From contig NC_134032.1 in assembly GCF_964204645.1 (NCBI RefSeq), positions 3,930,175 through 3,994,174 on the forward strand: a stretch of 64,000 bases of DNA. Reading direction: 5' to 3'. This DNA is from Tubulanus polymorphus (lineage: Eukaryota > Animalia > Nemertea). Under the pieces are notes generated by a model. It did no database searches, was not told where the DNA came from, and was given only the letters and a program-made list of their open reading frames with translations. The position numbers and the translations under genes are program-made. Positions 39,606 to 52,117 of the stretch are shown here, piece after piece (within the stretch, counting starts at the first letter, position 1; every line of letters begins with the position of its first letter).

Positions 39606-40948
39606 AATGATGACTCATTTACGTCAAAAATGTAATATTTTGCCATAAATACATATTGAGTCTATGTCACCAGGTCATCATTAAACGTTTGTTTGTGTCT
39701 CTAGTGACAAATAAATTCAAATCTTTATTGATCCTTATGTTGAACATCGCATATAAGATTCCCAAATTCAAGAAGTTACAAATTTCAAAATAAGAAAACT
39801 CAACATACAAAACACATGCGTAATTCATACACCAACAAATGACAATGTCTACTTCAACCCACACTCAAGAGGATCGAGTGGCAGTCCCCCGGCTGCGATT
39901 TAGTTCGGTCGACCTGCTACCCAATTGCCAAATCTCACAATTCCCCAAATTTCTTAAAACTTCGATTTCAAATTTGCCATCCCACCTTAGCTTATCCCAA
40001 AAATTCTAAATTTTTTTCGCAGGCGTCAAATAATTCATTAATCAATTGATTTTCTTGTTATTTCTGCTTTTTTAAATGGAGGTAGAGATAAAAACTTGCC
40101 GCCCTCCACCGTTTTCAGAGGGCAGATGAGAAACAAGGGCATTTTTGCGTGATTAGGTTATCATCGAATGAATTTGAAATCCAAATATTTCTTCCTAAGT
40201 GCGAGAATGAAAATGATTTTAGAGATTAGAAAAAATTTGTAATACTTGTGAAAATCGCTTTGAAGCAATGCATCACTTGGTACGCAATTCACAAGTGATA
40301 ATCATTGACTACAGGATACAGAGGAGCCATTGAACGACCTCGCAAAAGTAGAGTACTCAATAAGTAACGGAATAAGGAATAAGGAACAAGTAACCAACTT
40401 CACTGAGGTATAGTAATAATATTGAGATGACGATTTACATAAAGAATGATGGTGATGTAATACTAGGACTCGATACTGATGGTAATGGGTATCTGTTTGC
40501 GCTCGTGGAGGAAAACAGCAAGTTATACATGAGAAAAAAACAATCAGTAGAAACTGATACGTAGATGAAAATATCACTGATATCCGGTCTGGAGACTGTG
40601 GATCCCAATATCTATATACACTCATTTAGAGACGTTCATGTTTTACGTTTACTAGAAAACCCTGAAAACAGTTTGACTGATAGAAACCGAGTGAAGAAAT
40701 ATCTGCTCCCGGATAGAGGTTACACTATCAAATGTTTAGATGTGGACACACGGGAGGTATGTTTGTTTACTGTCACGAGACTCATAGATTGTTGTTTCTA
40801 ACAGCTGATGCGGAACTGATGGGATTTATCAATATTAAGGATTGTGGACTAACATTTTATCCGTGTGCTGGACGCCCGTGTGTTCTTAGTGATGAACATG
40901 TATTACTATCGGTAAACTCTAATACTTATTACAGAGGAGCTGTTATTT

Positions 40949-41162
40949 ATGGTGGCTGATTCGGGCCATACTTTTCTGTACGGCTAAAGCACCGATAAAA
41001 AATTTTTCACATTGGCCCGTTTTTTTGGTTTTCTCGCGCGAGAATACCAAACTTTTTGAATTCTCGCGCGAGAAAACCAAAAAAGGGCCACTGTGAAAAT
41101 TTTTTTATCGTTGCTCTAGCCGTACAGAAATTTTTTTAGTATGGCCCGAATCAGCCACCATA
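40949..41162. mobile_element. Palindromic MITE with TATGG termini and 6-bp TSD (IS3EU-type)
   Basis: TATGGTGGCTGATTCGGGCCATAC ... GTATGGCCCGAATCAGCCACCATA flanked by GTTATT; empty site GCTGTTATTAGTATC at about 25611 in copy 1. Confidence 0.88.
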
Positions 41163-42734
41163 GTTATTAGTATCAGATATAATGCTCACGGGTTTTTAGA
41201 TCACCCGCGTATAGTACTGAACTCTACAGACTCGATACATAAAGCGTGTGACAGTAACACTGTAGTTATCAATCACTGAGGTAACAGTAATAATCAGCAC
41301 TCACTGAGACTACAATATAAAACTGTATTAACTCCCCCGATTTAGAACGGAAGTTTAAACCTGTTCTAGGGTTCCAGAACAGCGTGTATACAATGAAATG
41401 CTACTATGAAATTATATTTGGTTTATACATGCATCTACCCTAACATCTTCAGCCTAAAAACTGGCCCTGCCAGATTCAAGATGGCCGTTTGGCAGCCATT
41501 GTTGTTCGCCAAAATCAGCCCTTTTGACACATTTTCGAAGATTTCGAGGGGAATTTTGAAGACGCTTTGATCATTTATTTACCTTGATTGTCCATATGTA
41601 TTTGAATCCCCCAAGGGCCCATCAACATAAGAAAAATTGAGTCGATCGGACTCAAGATGGCTGTCCTGTGACCTTTTTGTGCCCAAAATGTCAATTTTGG
41701 CCTGAATTCTGAGTCCTGTAGCTTCCTAATGGTTTGCCATTTTTCATTCCAATTTGTGATGGGTATTGATACACCGGTCACAATCCTCTCTTTAATCGTT
41801 ATCTATAAAATACTTGAGTAAGGCCCTGGCGAGAGAACGTGTCCGTGCACAAATCCGAATGAATAAATTGAAATACCGGATGATAATATTGAAGATAATA
41901 TATTTTATTTACCTTGAACAAAGAATGATTTTCCTAATCCCTATTGTATATGAATCCCTATCGTTCCGAAGCTTCTCCTGTCCTGCTGTCGACACTCGTC
42001 TTACTAAGGTACAGATTCTCTCGATTGACTGCTCTCAAGATGCGGGTCCCTTTTATAGAAAGAATCGGCATTCTTAAAATACCGACTCTCCCACGCAGGG
42101 TCTTCCGCTTTTTGGCAAGGAGCAGCTACCCACCTGTCATGACCGTTTTTAGTTACAGAAAATTTAGCCCTACTGATTTGCTGATCTAAAGGTTTTTAAG
42201 AAACTGATTTGCTGATATAAACTTTTTCTTCCAACCCTCCTGTCATGACGCGTTGTGATTTACTCACTCCTTGCTAATCGTTGTTGAGAGAGCAGCTATT
42301 GTCTGTGAATTACCAACGAGCGCATACAGACAACAGAAACTTCAGACAGCTAGTTTTAACATTTAACACAAATTAATTTTTCTAAAACATTAGCGATTAT
42401 TAACAATTTGTTCTTCAACAACATCTAGATTACTCAAATTAAATATCTTTTCAAAACTTTGTTTTCTTTTCTAATTACAGTACAAATTCATTGTTTCTTT
42501 TTTAATTATTATAATTAACTACGATTCGGAATACATTGTGATTGATTATCAATTCTTAAATTATTTGAAATACTTATACTAATTATTTTATCTACAATTT
42601 AACTAATTCTGTTTTAATACAGGATAAGCAAAACAACCACATCTTCCTAAACTTCCGGTTTTTCCTTTTACGGAAAGTAGCCGGGAATATCATCAAGTAT
42701 CAGCGTGATCCCTTCACGACCCTCATTATAAATA

Positions 42735-43002
42735 AGTAATAGGGATAATAGGCTTTCAAGCCAAAGGTCGAACGGTCGAGCTCGTAAAAAATGAAAAACA
42801 TAAAAATAATAACAATTTCTACTTGAATTACTCGCGAAACTCATAAAAATGAAAAATAAATTCTCACACGCTCGAATTTAATTTTCATTTTTATGAGTTT
42901 CACTCCTAATTCAAGTAGAAATTGTTATTATTTTCATGTTTTTCATTTTTTACTCACCCGCCCGTTCAACCTTTAGCTTGAAAGCCTATTATCCCTATTA
43001 CT
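42735..43002. repeat. 268-bp near-perfect palindrome just upstream of polB
   Basis: AGTAATAGGGATAATAGGCTTTCAAG... pairs with ...CTTGAAAGCCTATTATCCCTATTACT throughout, with small bubbles. Confidence 0.9.
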
Positions 43003-43094
43003 CTTAAAATATTCATATATATGAATAAAATATAAATGAATAAAAAAAAATCAAAAATCCTAAAATCAATTTTAATAAAAAATTTAGTATTAAA

Positions 43095-46000
43095 ATGGAA
43101 GCAAATAAGTACTACTGTCCAATATGTAAAATCAATATAGATAAATCCCAAAAAGCAAGACACAATAAAACTAAAACACATTTAGAGAATAAATTGAAAT
43201 TAGAATATAAAGATGATATATTAGAAACTAAATTAGATGAATTAAAGAATGAAAAAGAAACATACAAATGTGATTCATGTAATCAATCATTCAGTGATAA
43301 AAGATATTAAAAAGAACATTTAAAATCTAAAAGTCATATTAGAAATAAGAATAATGATATTTTAGGTGAAGATTATTTTGATAAAGATAATGATAAGAAA
43401 CAGAAGACAATTAAAAGAATAAGAAATAAATTAAACAATAAAAGACCATACATGGAAGATGTAAGAAAATATATTAATTTATTGGATAATAAAAAAGATA
43501 TAGAGATAACCGAAGCATTTAAAAGTGATATTGGCCTAGCAGCTATCGAGTTTAAATTTCATAAAGGAAAAACATTAGAAGAAAATAAAAAACATTTAGA
43601 AAATATGAAAGAAATAATAAAAATAATAACTGATGTTGAATACCCTAAAATTAGTATATCTTCTAAAGTTAAATTCATAAAATCTGAAGATAAACCAATA
43701 TATAATATAAATTCTCATTCACAACATATTATTTCAAAACAACATATAGATGATAAATTAGATAAATGTTATAATGAAGTAAAAACTAAAATAGAAGAGA
43801 AATATTTTGAAGGATCTGGTTTAATATTTGATGAAATAATATTTATGACTTTACATGTTTATAACACAAAATATAATAAGTTAACTAAATCGAAACCAAT
43901 AGATGAAAATAATTTATCTTATTATAAAGATGATAGTATAAATGGAACAAGTTATATTAAACTACCATTTAAAACTAACGCTGTAATAAATGTACAAAAT
44001 TTTGATGATAAATGTTTTCTATGGGTTATAATAAGTTGTTTACACCCAGTTGAAGATTATAAACAACATAGTTTTAGATTAACTCATTATAAACCATTTG
44101 AAAATAATTATAAGATAGATAAGTATCCTGTTAGAATTAAAAACGTACCAAAGATAGAAAGAGATAATAATTTAAGAATAAATGTATTTGATTTAATCAA
44201 ATTACCAAATACAAAAGGTAACAATATAAAACATTATACATTTGAACCTTTATATCTATCAAAAGATTATGATTCAAACGATGTTATAGATATACTATAT
44301 TATGAGAATCATTATATGTGGATTAAACAAATCGATTTATTCTTTAGAACAGAAAGTGATCACCATAATAAAATATATCTATGTAGAAAATGTTTACATA
44401 GATTCAGTAATGAAAGTACATTATTAAATCATAAACAATTATGTGAAAATCATGATTATTGTAAATTAGTTTTACCAAATGAAAAGGATGAAATATTAGA
44501 ATTCAAAAAATATGATTACAAAAATAAAGTACCATTTGTAATATATGGAGATTTTGAATCATTAAATAAAGAACTAACTGATCAAGATAGAAAAGAAATA
44601 TATTATAAAAGAAAGAAATTAAATTCTAATGAAAATGATTTTTCAGATGAACCACCAAAAACAAATACTATTAAAAAGATTCATCAATCAGCTGCAGCTT
44701 TCGGGTTATATATTAAATCTGATTATCCAGAACTAATTAAAAGTGAATATTATCATTATAGAAATGAAAATGTTATTAATCATTTTTGTGACTTATTAAT
44801 TGAATATGAAATAAAATTTAATGAAAAGTTAAATAAAAATATAGAAATTATAATGACAGAAGAAGATAAAGAAGCATTTGAGTTTGCGGATAAATGTTAT
44901 TATTGTGAAAAGATATTTAATTATAAAGATAAAAAAGTGAGAGACCATGATCATTTGAATGGAAAGTTTCGAGGCGCTGCACATGAGAATTGTAACTTAC
45001 AAGCTAAGAAAATTAACTTTATACCAGTTATATTTCATAATCTATCAGGATATGATGCACATTTATTTATCAAACAGTTATGTCATAAAATAGAAGAAAT
45101 TAATAATGAAATAGAAAGATTAAATTCAAATAGATCAAAAGATAAAATACCAACTTATAAATTTAGAATGTTAGCTAAAACATCTGAGAATTATATATCA
45201 TTCCAATTTGGTTGCCTAAGATTTATAGATTCATATAGATTTTTAAATAGTTCATTAGATAACTTATCAAAATCATTAGTTGATGATGAATTAAAGATAT
45301 TAAAAGAATATTACCCAAATAATGATGATTTTCAATTAATGAGATATAAAGGAGCAATTCCATATTCATTTTATAAATCACATAATGATTTCAATATAAC
45401 TGAATTATTGAAAGAACAATTTTATGATGAATTAAAATACGAATATGTTAAAGATGAAATATATAATAGAACATTGAATATTTGGAATCATTTCAAAATA
45501 GAAAATCATGGACAATTAGTAGATTTATATTTAAAATCAGATGTATTATTATTAACCGATATATTCGAAAGGTTTAGAGATGTAAACCTTAAATATTTCA
45601 ATATTGATCCTTGTCATTGTTATTCATCACCAGGATTAACATGGGATTGTGGATTAAAATTTACAGATATAAAAATGGATTTGTTAACAAATATAGATCA
45701 ATTATTATTATTTGAAAAATCTATAAGAGGAGGAGTTTCAGGTGTATTAGGTGATAGATATTTCAATGTAAATGATAACCCCGGATATAAGTTATTATAT
45801 ATAGATGCAAATAATTTGTATGGTTGGGCAATGATGGAACCACAACCTTATGGAGTATTTGAATTAACTTAAGTTTTACTGAATGAAAATAATGATAAAT
45901 TTGATTGGAAGAAACGAATTCTAGATATTGCAGATGATTCAGATACTGGTTACTTCTTTGTTGTAGATTTAGAATATCCTGAACATATTAAATTTAAATC

Positions 46001-47141
46001 TAGAAATCTAGCATACTGTCCCGAACATAAGACTGTAACTCATGAAGAATTATCAAATTACCAAAAAAGAATTAAACCCGAAAATCATTTTCATACAGAA
46101 AAGTTAATGGTAACTCAAGAAGATAAATATAATTATGTAGTATATTATAGAATGTTAAAGTTTTATTTGAATCAAGGAATGATTCTAAAAAAAGTACATA
46201 GATATATTTCATTTAGTCAATCTAAGTGGTTAGAAAAATATATAGATTTTAACACCAAACAGAGAACTAAAGCTAAAACTGATTTCGAGAAAGATTTCTT
46301 CAAGTTAATGAATAATGCATTCTATGGTAAGACTTGTGAAAATATTAGAAATAGAAATGATATTGAGTTAGTCAGTAATGGTAAAAGAATTAGACATTTA
46401 CAATCATATCCTAAGTTCATTGGTAACAGAATATTTGATGAAAATTTAGCCGCAGTTAAGATGAGAAGAACATCAATGAAATTTAATAATAAACCAATCT
46501 ATGTTGGTGCTTCAGTTTTAGAATTATCAAAATTACTAATGTATGAATTCTATTATAATGTATTACAAGCACTTTTTGGAGAAAAACATATAGAAATATT
46601 ATATTTTGATACAGATTCTTACATATTAAAGATAAAAACTGATAACATAACAGATGATTTAAAAACATTAAAACATCAGTTTGATTTTAGTAACTATCCT
46701 AAAAATCATGAATTGTTTAGCAATGATAATAAAAAAGTTCCCGGTAAATTCAAAGATGAATTAGGCGGTGAAGAAATGATTGAATTCATAGGTATTCGAT
46801 CTAAAATGTATTCATATAAAACTAAAGAACATGAAGCTAAAAAGTTAAAAGGAATAACCAAAAGTGTAGTAGAAAAGAATATTCATTTCAAAGATTATAT
46901 CAATTGTATATTCAATGAAGAAGTTAGAAAACATAAGATGAGATGTTTAAGATCTGAAGATCATGAAATGTTTATTGAAGAAATTGAAAAGATAAGTCTA
47001 AACCCATTTGATGATAAAAGATATATTTTAGATGATGGAATTCATACAGTTGCTTATGGTTGTAATTTAGATGAATACTTAAAATTTAAAAGAGAAGAAA
47101 CAAAAGAGAACGAGATAATGAAAAGAATTCTAACGTGTTAA
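43095..47141 (+). pseudogene. polB: Protein-primed family B DNA polymerase; one reading frame with two premature TAA (43308, 45870)
   Basis: Exonuclease motifs YGDFES, FHNLSGYDAH, YLKSDVLLL; polymerase motifs YIDANNLYGWAM, KLMNNAFYGK, YFDTDS; N-terminal C2H2 fingers; the three ORF-track pieces are in the same frame. Confidence 0.95.
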
Positions 47142-47170
47142 TCAAATCTTAATAAAAATATGTTATTAAA

Positions 47171-47524
47171 ATGGAGAGTAAACAAGCGCACAGTGAGAAC
47201 AACAAATAATTTCTAGATAGAATTAAAGATATAACAAATGTAAAATCTGTAGATTATAAATTCAAAAAGTTAACAGAATTAACAATTCATAAGAAATATC
47301 TAATTACAAATATTGTTACAGTTACTAACAAATATGGAGATAAATTAGTTATACACTTAGAATATGAAGGATTAAAAGGAAATACATATAAATTCAGAAC
47401 ATATTTACCTGATAGATTTCATAGATTATCAAGTGAAGATCTAGAAGAATTATGTTCTGGAGATTTCTATTTCGTATACAAAGGTAAGAATGAAAAAGGG
47501 CACCATGAAATAGATTTCGAATAA
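47171..47524 (+). pseudogene. Small Polinton protein, possibly an ssDNA-binding protein; early in-frame TAA
   Basis: Not in the ORF track; MESKQAHSENNK*FLDRIK..TNKYGDKLVIHLE..RTYLPDRF..YFVYKG; function is inference from position and beta-rich pattern. Confidence 0.55.
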
Positions 47525-47541
47525 GAAAATATGTAAAATAA

Positions 47542-48357
47542 ATGGTGGAATTAAAAGAATACAGAATATTTGTAGATTCTAGAAAACTTACAAATTATAA
47601 ATCACATAATTTATTAGTACAATTAGATAGAGAATTTAAGAATTGTGTAGATTTAAAATTAGTTAATATAAGTTTATGTAATTCTTTTTACAATATATCG
47701 AATAAAACTATTGAACATAATACTTTTTTAATTCATATTAGAAATGTAAATAAATGGTTTCATCTATTTTTAAAACAAGGATTATATAATTTAGAAACAT
47801 TAGCTCAAGAAATCAATCGTAGAGCACGGTTGAAAATTAGAAAAGATGATAAATTTTTAATAAGATTTATAAAAAGTGATAGCACAAATAAAATTAAAAT
47901 AAAGGTATTTGATGAAAGTCAACATGCATTTATAGTAAAAAAACCATTAGCTAAATTGCTAGGAATTGCACCAGATACCGTTACAGTAAACGTAGAAGGC
48001 ATTTCAAATATAATACCTTTTACACACTTTTATATTTATTGCAATTTAATTGATCCTACAAAAACTTTCGAAGCAACTAAAGATACAATTTGTAATTCTG
48101 GTTTATTAAATATTTTACCATTAAAAAATGTTAAACAATTTGGAACGCAAATAAATTATAATGTAGCTGAATGTGATTTCAAACCTTGTATTCCACATTT
48201 TAATAATTTTAAATTAGAAATAAGAAATCATAAGGGTTATTTAATTGATTTGAATAACTTTCCTGTAATTTATGAATTAGTTATAAGATGTAAAGAGAAA
48301 TTTTTTCATTATGTAAATGAATATAACTGTTGGACCGAGTATATGTTTTGGGTTTGA
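47542..48357 (+). CDS. Minor capsid protein (penton, single jelly-roll)
   Basis: IFVDSR, NSFYNI, GLYNL, YIYCNLI, LEIRNHKGYLIDLNN pattern typical of Polinton/PLV minor capsid proteins. Confidence 0.75.
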   Translation: MVELKEYRIFVDSRKLTNYKSHNLLVQLDREFKNCVDLKLVNISLCNSFYNISNKTIEHNTFLIHIRNVNKWFHLFLKQGLYNLETLAQEINRRARLKIRKDDKFLIRFIKSDSTNKIKIKVFDESQHAFIVKKPLAKLLGIAPDTVTVNVEGISNIIPFTHFYIYCNLIDPTKTFEATKDTICNSGLLNILPLKNVKQFGTQINYNVAECDFKPCIPHFNNFKLEIRNHKGYLIDLNNFPVIYELVIRCKEKFFHYVNEYNCWTEYMFWV

Positions 48358-48643
48358 TTTTAAACGTGAGAAAGAAATGAAATTTAACATTAATGATGTA
48401 ATTACACATATCAGAAATATTGCATTTTCTAATGAAACAACATTTGAGTATGAAACAACAATAGATAAAGAAACTTTAAATGTAGAAAAGATTGTTAATT
48501 TAATTAGAGAATCTTTAAGATTTTATGAATTAGATGAAGATTTTATTATAGATGATATTAAAAAAATAATAATTGAAATATATACAAATGAAACTAGTAA
48601 TGAAATAAATGTTGAATTAATCATAAATAAGATAACTAAATAA
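48317..48643 (+). CDS. Hypothetical Polinton protein
   Basis: 108-aa ORF with TAAATG start in the gene-dense block. Confidence 0.6.
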   Translation: MNITVGPSICFGFDFKREKEMKFNINDVITHIRNIAFSNETTFEYETTIDKETLNVEKIVNLIRESLRFYELDEDFIIDDIKKIIIEIYTNETSNEINVELIINKITK

Positions 48644-48673
48644 TTTGATGATAGTAATTTTTTTCATAAATAA

Positions 48674-48893
48674 ATGAGTGATAATAAGTGGATAATAACT
48701 GGATTATATAATGGCGCATTACTATCAGTTGGAACTGTTGGTTATTCAATGGTATTAAAAAAGTATTCAAAATGGGAAGTGTTAATGTTGATAGATTTGA
48801 TATAAATGATATTTTAAAATTAACATTAGCAGTTACTTTATCTAATTTAACTATTGATTATTTGGAAAAACAAAAATATATTCCTCCCATATA
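48674..48893 (+). pseudogene. Small hydrophobic (membrane) protein, one frameshift
   Basis: MSDNKWIITGLYNGALLSVGTVGYSMVLKK / FKMGSVNVDRFDINDILKLTLAVTLSNLTIDYLEKQKYIPPI. Confidence 0.6.
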
Positions 48894-48919
48894 AATGCAT
48901 AATTTTTTTTGCTAAATAA

Positions 48920-49342
48920 ATGGCTTCAGCAATTATAACTATTATAGGATCGGCAATTGTTAACGCTTTAGCATTTACTGGTGGTGGATATTTATTTAAA
49001 CATATTGATAAAAATAGTTCATTAGGAGAACAAAGAAGACATAACTTAGCGTTAGAGAAATACAATAAAGCAGCAGAAGAATATAGAGAAAAGAGGCTAA
49101 ACTATATGGATTACATCAATAAAGAATTATATGATCAGAATATTTCACATAGAGATTTTCAATCAGTTGATGATGCAATGAGTTTATATAACGCGGTAAC
49201 CAATAAAGAAAAATTACATCTATACAAACCTAAATTATCAGATTATTATACCCCGAGTAAAGAACAACAGAAATATGAAATAATTTGGATTTTAGGTGGA
49301 ACAGTTATTGTTATATTTGTTGCTTATAAGTTTACTAATTAG
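48920..49342 (+). CDS. Polinton protein with hydrophobic N-terminus and C-terminal TM helix
   Basis: MASAIITIIGSAIVNALAFTGGG..EQRRHNLALEK..IIWILGGTVIVIFVAY. Confidence 0.75.
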   Translation: MASAIITIIGSAIVNALAFTGGGYLFKHIDKNSSLGEQRRHNLALEKYNKAAEEYREKRLNYMDYINKELYDQNISHRDFQSVDDAMSLYNAVTNKEKLHLYKPKLSDYYTPSKEQQKYEIIWILGGTVIVIFVAYKFTN

Positions 49343-49363
49343 TAATTTTTTTTTGCTAAATAA

Positions 49364-49798
49364 ATGGAAGATAAAGTTGATAATACTGATATTATTCCTC
49401 ATGATATAAATAAAACTAAATTAAAAACATATTTAGAAAAACAAATATTAGAATTTGAAAGTGACTTAAAAGTTAAAAAGAAAAAATATCTAAAAAGTAA
49501 AATTATATATTATTTGATTATAAGTGGTTCGGTTACAATTAGTTCTGTAATAACATTTCTAGCAATATTCAGTCCATTAACACCTTTAGCTATATCAATT
49601 GGTGTATTAGGATTAAGTTCAAGTGTTTTAACTGGTATAAGTTCAAAATTAAATATAAAAAGTAATAAAGAAAAAATTAAAACTAATATAAAAGAAATTA
49701 ATAAATTAAAGAATACACTAGATTATATAATAAGTTTAAATGGTCATATAACAGTTGAAGAACAAGATAAATTATTAAAAGAATTAATAAATTATTAA
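49364..49798 (+). CDS. Two-TM membrane protein flanked by coiled coils
   Basis: Hydrophobic hairpin IIYYLIISGSVTISSVITFLAIF / LAISIGVLGLSSSVLTGIS. Confidence 0.75.
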   Translation: MEDKVDNTDIIPHDINKTKLKTYLEKQILEFESDLKVKKKKYLKSKIIYYLIISGSVTISSVITFLAIFSPLTPLAISIGVLGLSSSVLTGISSKLNIKSNKEKIKTNIKEINKLKNTLDYIISLNGHITVEEQDKLLKELINY

Positions 49799-49814
49799 TT
49801 TTTTTATTAAATAA

Positions 49815-50590
49815 ATGGTAGATAGTTTTCCAAAAGCTTTCCAATATAATAAATCAATTAAATATAATATTCTATTATATGATAATTTTAAACAAGAAAA
49901 CAATAATGGTTGGGTTTATTTCATTTTAGAAAATAGTGAAGGTTTTACTAAAGCCGGAATACAAAGAATAAATCAATCTATTAGAACTTATTTGATATGT
50001 ATTTTAGGTGCGCAAGTTGAGCAAGATCCCCAATAATTGGAAATTTGAATACATCATTCGATACACAAAAACAATTCAAAGTATTATTTGATGATTCCAT
50101 ACATAATGATAAAAATAGATCGATTCCAGAAAACATTATAAGATATCAAAATTATTTAGATAAATCTCATGTAAGGCTTAATTATTGTATAGGCCCTAAT
50201 CTATTAATTATTTCTAATGATTTAGTATTAAAGATGGGAAATATAATTGGTTATAATAATCTAATTAAAACTGCAACAATAAATAATTCATTTGGATTGA
50301 ATGATATATATAAAATATATATAATAAAAAGATTATTACTGCTCCAAAATTAATGGAAGGTGAAAAAAATAAAAAACATATTCAATCAACTGAAACTAAA
50401 ACTAAGAATGTTAAATAAAATAATGATTCTAAAATAAAAGATTACAATACATCAGAAAATATTAAAACTGATATTATTCAACATGATATAATTAAAACTG
50501 ATAATGATAATAAATCCCATGAAAATACTAAATTAGCTATAACTTGTATAGGAATTGTAATCGGAGGAATATTATATTTTAAATTTTAAT
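49815..50590 (+). pseudogene. Conserved Polinton protein, internally deleted and frameshifted, C-terminal TM
   Basis: GFTKAGIQRINQSIRTYLICILGAQV; homolog at about 13920-15220 is ~570 bp longer. Confidence 0.75.
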
Positions 50591-50605
50591 TTTTTTATTA
50601 TGTAA

Positions 50606-52051
50606 ATGGATGTAGAAGGTGGAGAAGATTATGAAATGGGAGAAATGGGAAATAATAATGAAGGATATATTGATGATGATTTTAATGATGCAGAAACTAA
50701 TATTGATAATGACGGTAATGAGCCAGAATATAATAATAATTTAAATATGCATGATTATATTAAAAATGCAGAATCAAAATTATATCCTGAAAATTTAGAC
50801 CCATATTTAGTAAAACAAGATTTAGATAATTTAAACAAAGTAGCTAAATTAGAAGATTTAATTGAAAATTCTAAACTTAACATAAATGATGAAGACGTTG
50901 GACCTTTAGCAGATCAATTAAGATTTTTAGATAATGGTAAATGTTATTATCATTTCAAAGATGATTATTATATTGATATCACTTATAAAAATAATAAAAA
51001 TAAAATATTAACAAAATCAACTTTGAGTGATTTAGATCCAGATAGAATTAAAAGAATAAGTAATATTAATGAAATAGAAAAAGATTTAACACAAACAGAA
51101 ATGAATAAAAATAGAGAAGTATTTAAACAAAGAATTAATGAATTATTTGAAATAATTAAAAAGAAATCAGAAACAGAAACAACTTCTGAACAGAATATAA
51201 CTACCAAAAATAGTAAACTTAAATCAAATAAAGTTCCAATTGAAAAACTTTTACCGAATGGATTACTTGATGCAACAGATCAAGAATTAGAAGATTTAGA
51301 TATATTTTCTGATAAAGCAATTAGAGAAATTATTAGTATAAGACTTGCATCTGATAAAATTGCGCATGATAAAAGTATAAGAGATTTTAAAATTAGAACT
51401 TTAGAAAAAGAATTAACTGATAAAAATAAAGAAATAGAACAATTAAAGTCTGATTTAGATCATCAAGTAATTGATGAAATAGAATATAGGCAAAAAGAAT
51501 TACGTTTAGAAAAAGAAAAAGATGATTTAGAATATAACATAGAATTACAAAAAGAACAAATTAAATTATTATTAAAATCATATGATTATAATATTGATAG
51601 ATTAAAAGTTATTTTTAAAGATTTGTTGATAAAACCAGATTCTAAAATATCATTGAAAGATAGAATAAAGTTATTATTTAAATTAGAAGGAATAACAATT
51701 CTTTCAATTCTAACAGCTGTAACTATGTTATTTACAACAATTGGTTTAGCAATATCAAATGCTTTAAAATCTACTCCTACTCCCAATAAACCAGATAAAC
51801 CCCCAGGTAATAATTCTATACAAGATACAGTTAAAGATGGTTTAAAGAAATTAACAAAATATTTATGGGAACTATCTAAAAAATCTGCTGCAGCATTGCC
51901 AGGAATTATTGCATCAATTGTTGGTTTTATATTGAAATCTGCAGGAAACATTATTAACTTTGCTGCTGAACATATTATTTTATTTTTAATTACAGTTGTA
52001 AGTGCTATTATTTTTGGGTTAGTGAATATGATATCAAAATATATCAAGTAA
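50606..52051 (+). CDS. 481-aa coiled-coil protein with C-terminal hydrophobic helices (putative virion membrane or entry protein)
   Basis: Acidic N-terminus, long heptad region, then ITILSILTAVTMLFTTIGLAI, ALPGIIASIVGFIL and IILFLITVVSAIIFGLV. Confidence 0.8.
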   Translation: MDVEGGEDYEMGEMGNNNEGYIDDDFNDAETNIDNDGNEPEYNNNLNMHDYIKNAESKLYPENLDPYLVKQDLDNLNKVAKLEDLIENSKLNINDEDVGPLADQLRFLDNGKCYYHFKDDYYIDITYKNNKNKILTKSTLSDLDPDRIKRISNINEIEKDLTQTEMNKNREVFKQRINELFEIIKKKSETETTSEQNITTKNSKLKSNKVPIEKLLPNGLLDATDQELEDLDIFSDKAIREIISIRLASDKIAHDKSIRDFKIRTLEKELTDKNKEIEQLKSDLDHQVIDEIEYRQKELRLEKEKDDLEYNIELQKEQIKLLLKSYDYNIDRLKVIFKDLLIKPDSKISLKDRIKLLFKLEGITILSILTAVTMLFTTIGLAISNALKSTPTPNKPDKPPGNNSIQDTVKDGLKKLTKYLWELSKKSAAALPGIIASIVGFILKSAGNIINFAAEHIILFLITVVSAIIFGLVNMISKYIK

Positions 52052-52117
52052 ACATGATATCAAAAAATATCAAGTAACCATGATAAAAAATAAATAATTA
52101 ATTTTTTTGTTAAATAA

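Larger units (their letters stand above)
35232..41405 (+). repeat. Segmental duplication, copy 2
   Basis: Colinear with 20685-25850, plus an extra ~0.8 kb (36150-36965), a MITE and a micro-inversion. Confidence 0.92.
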
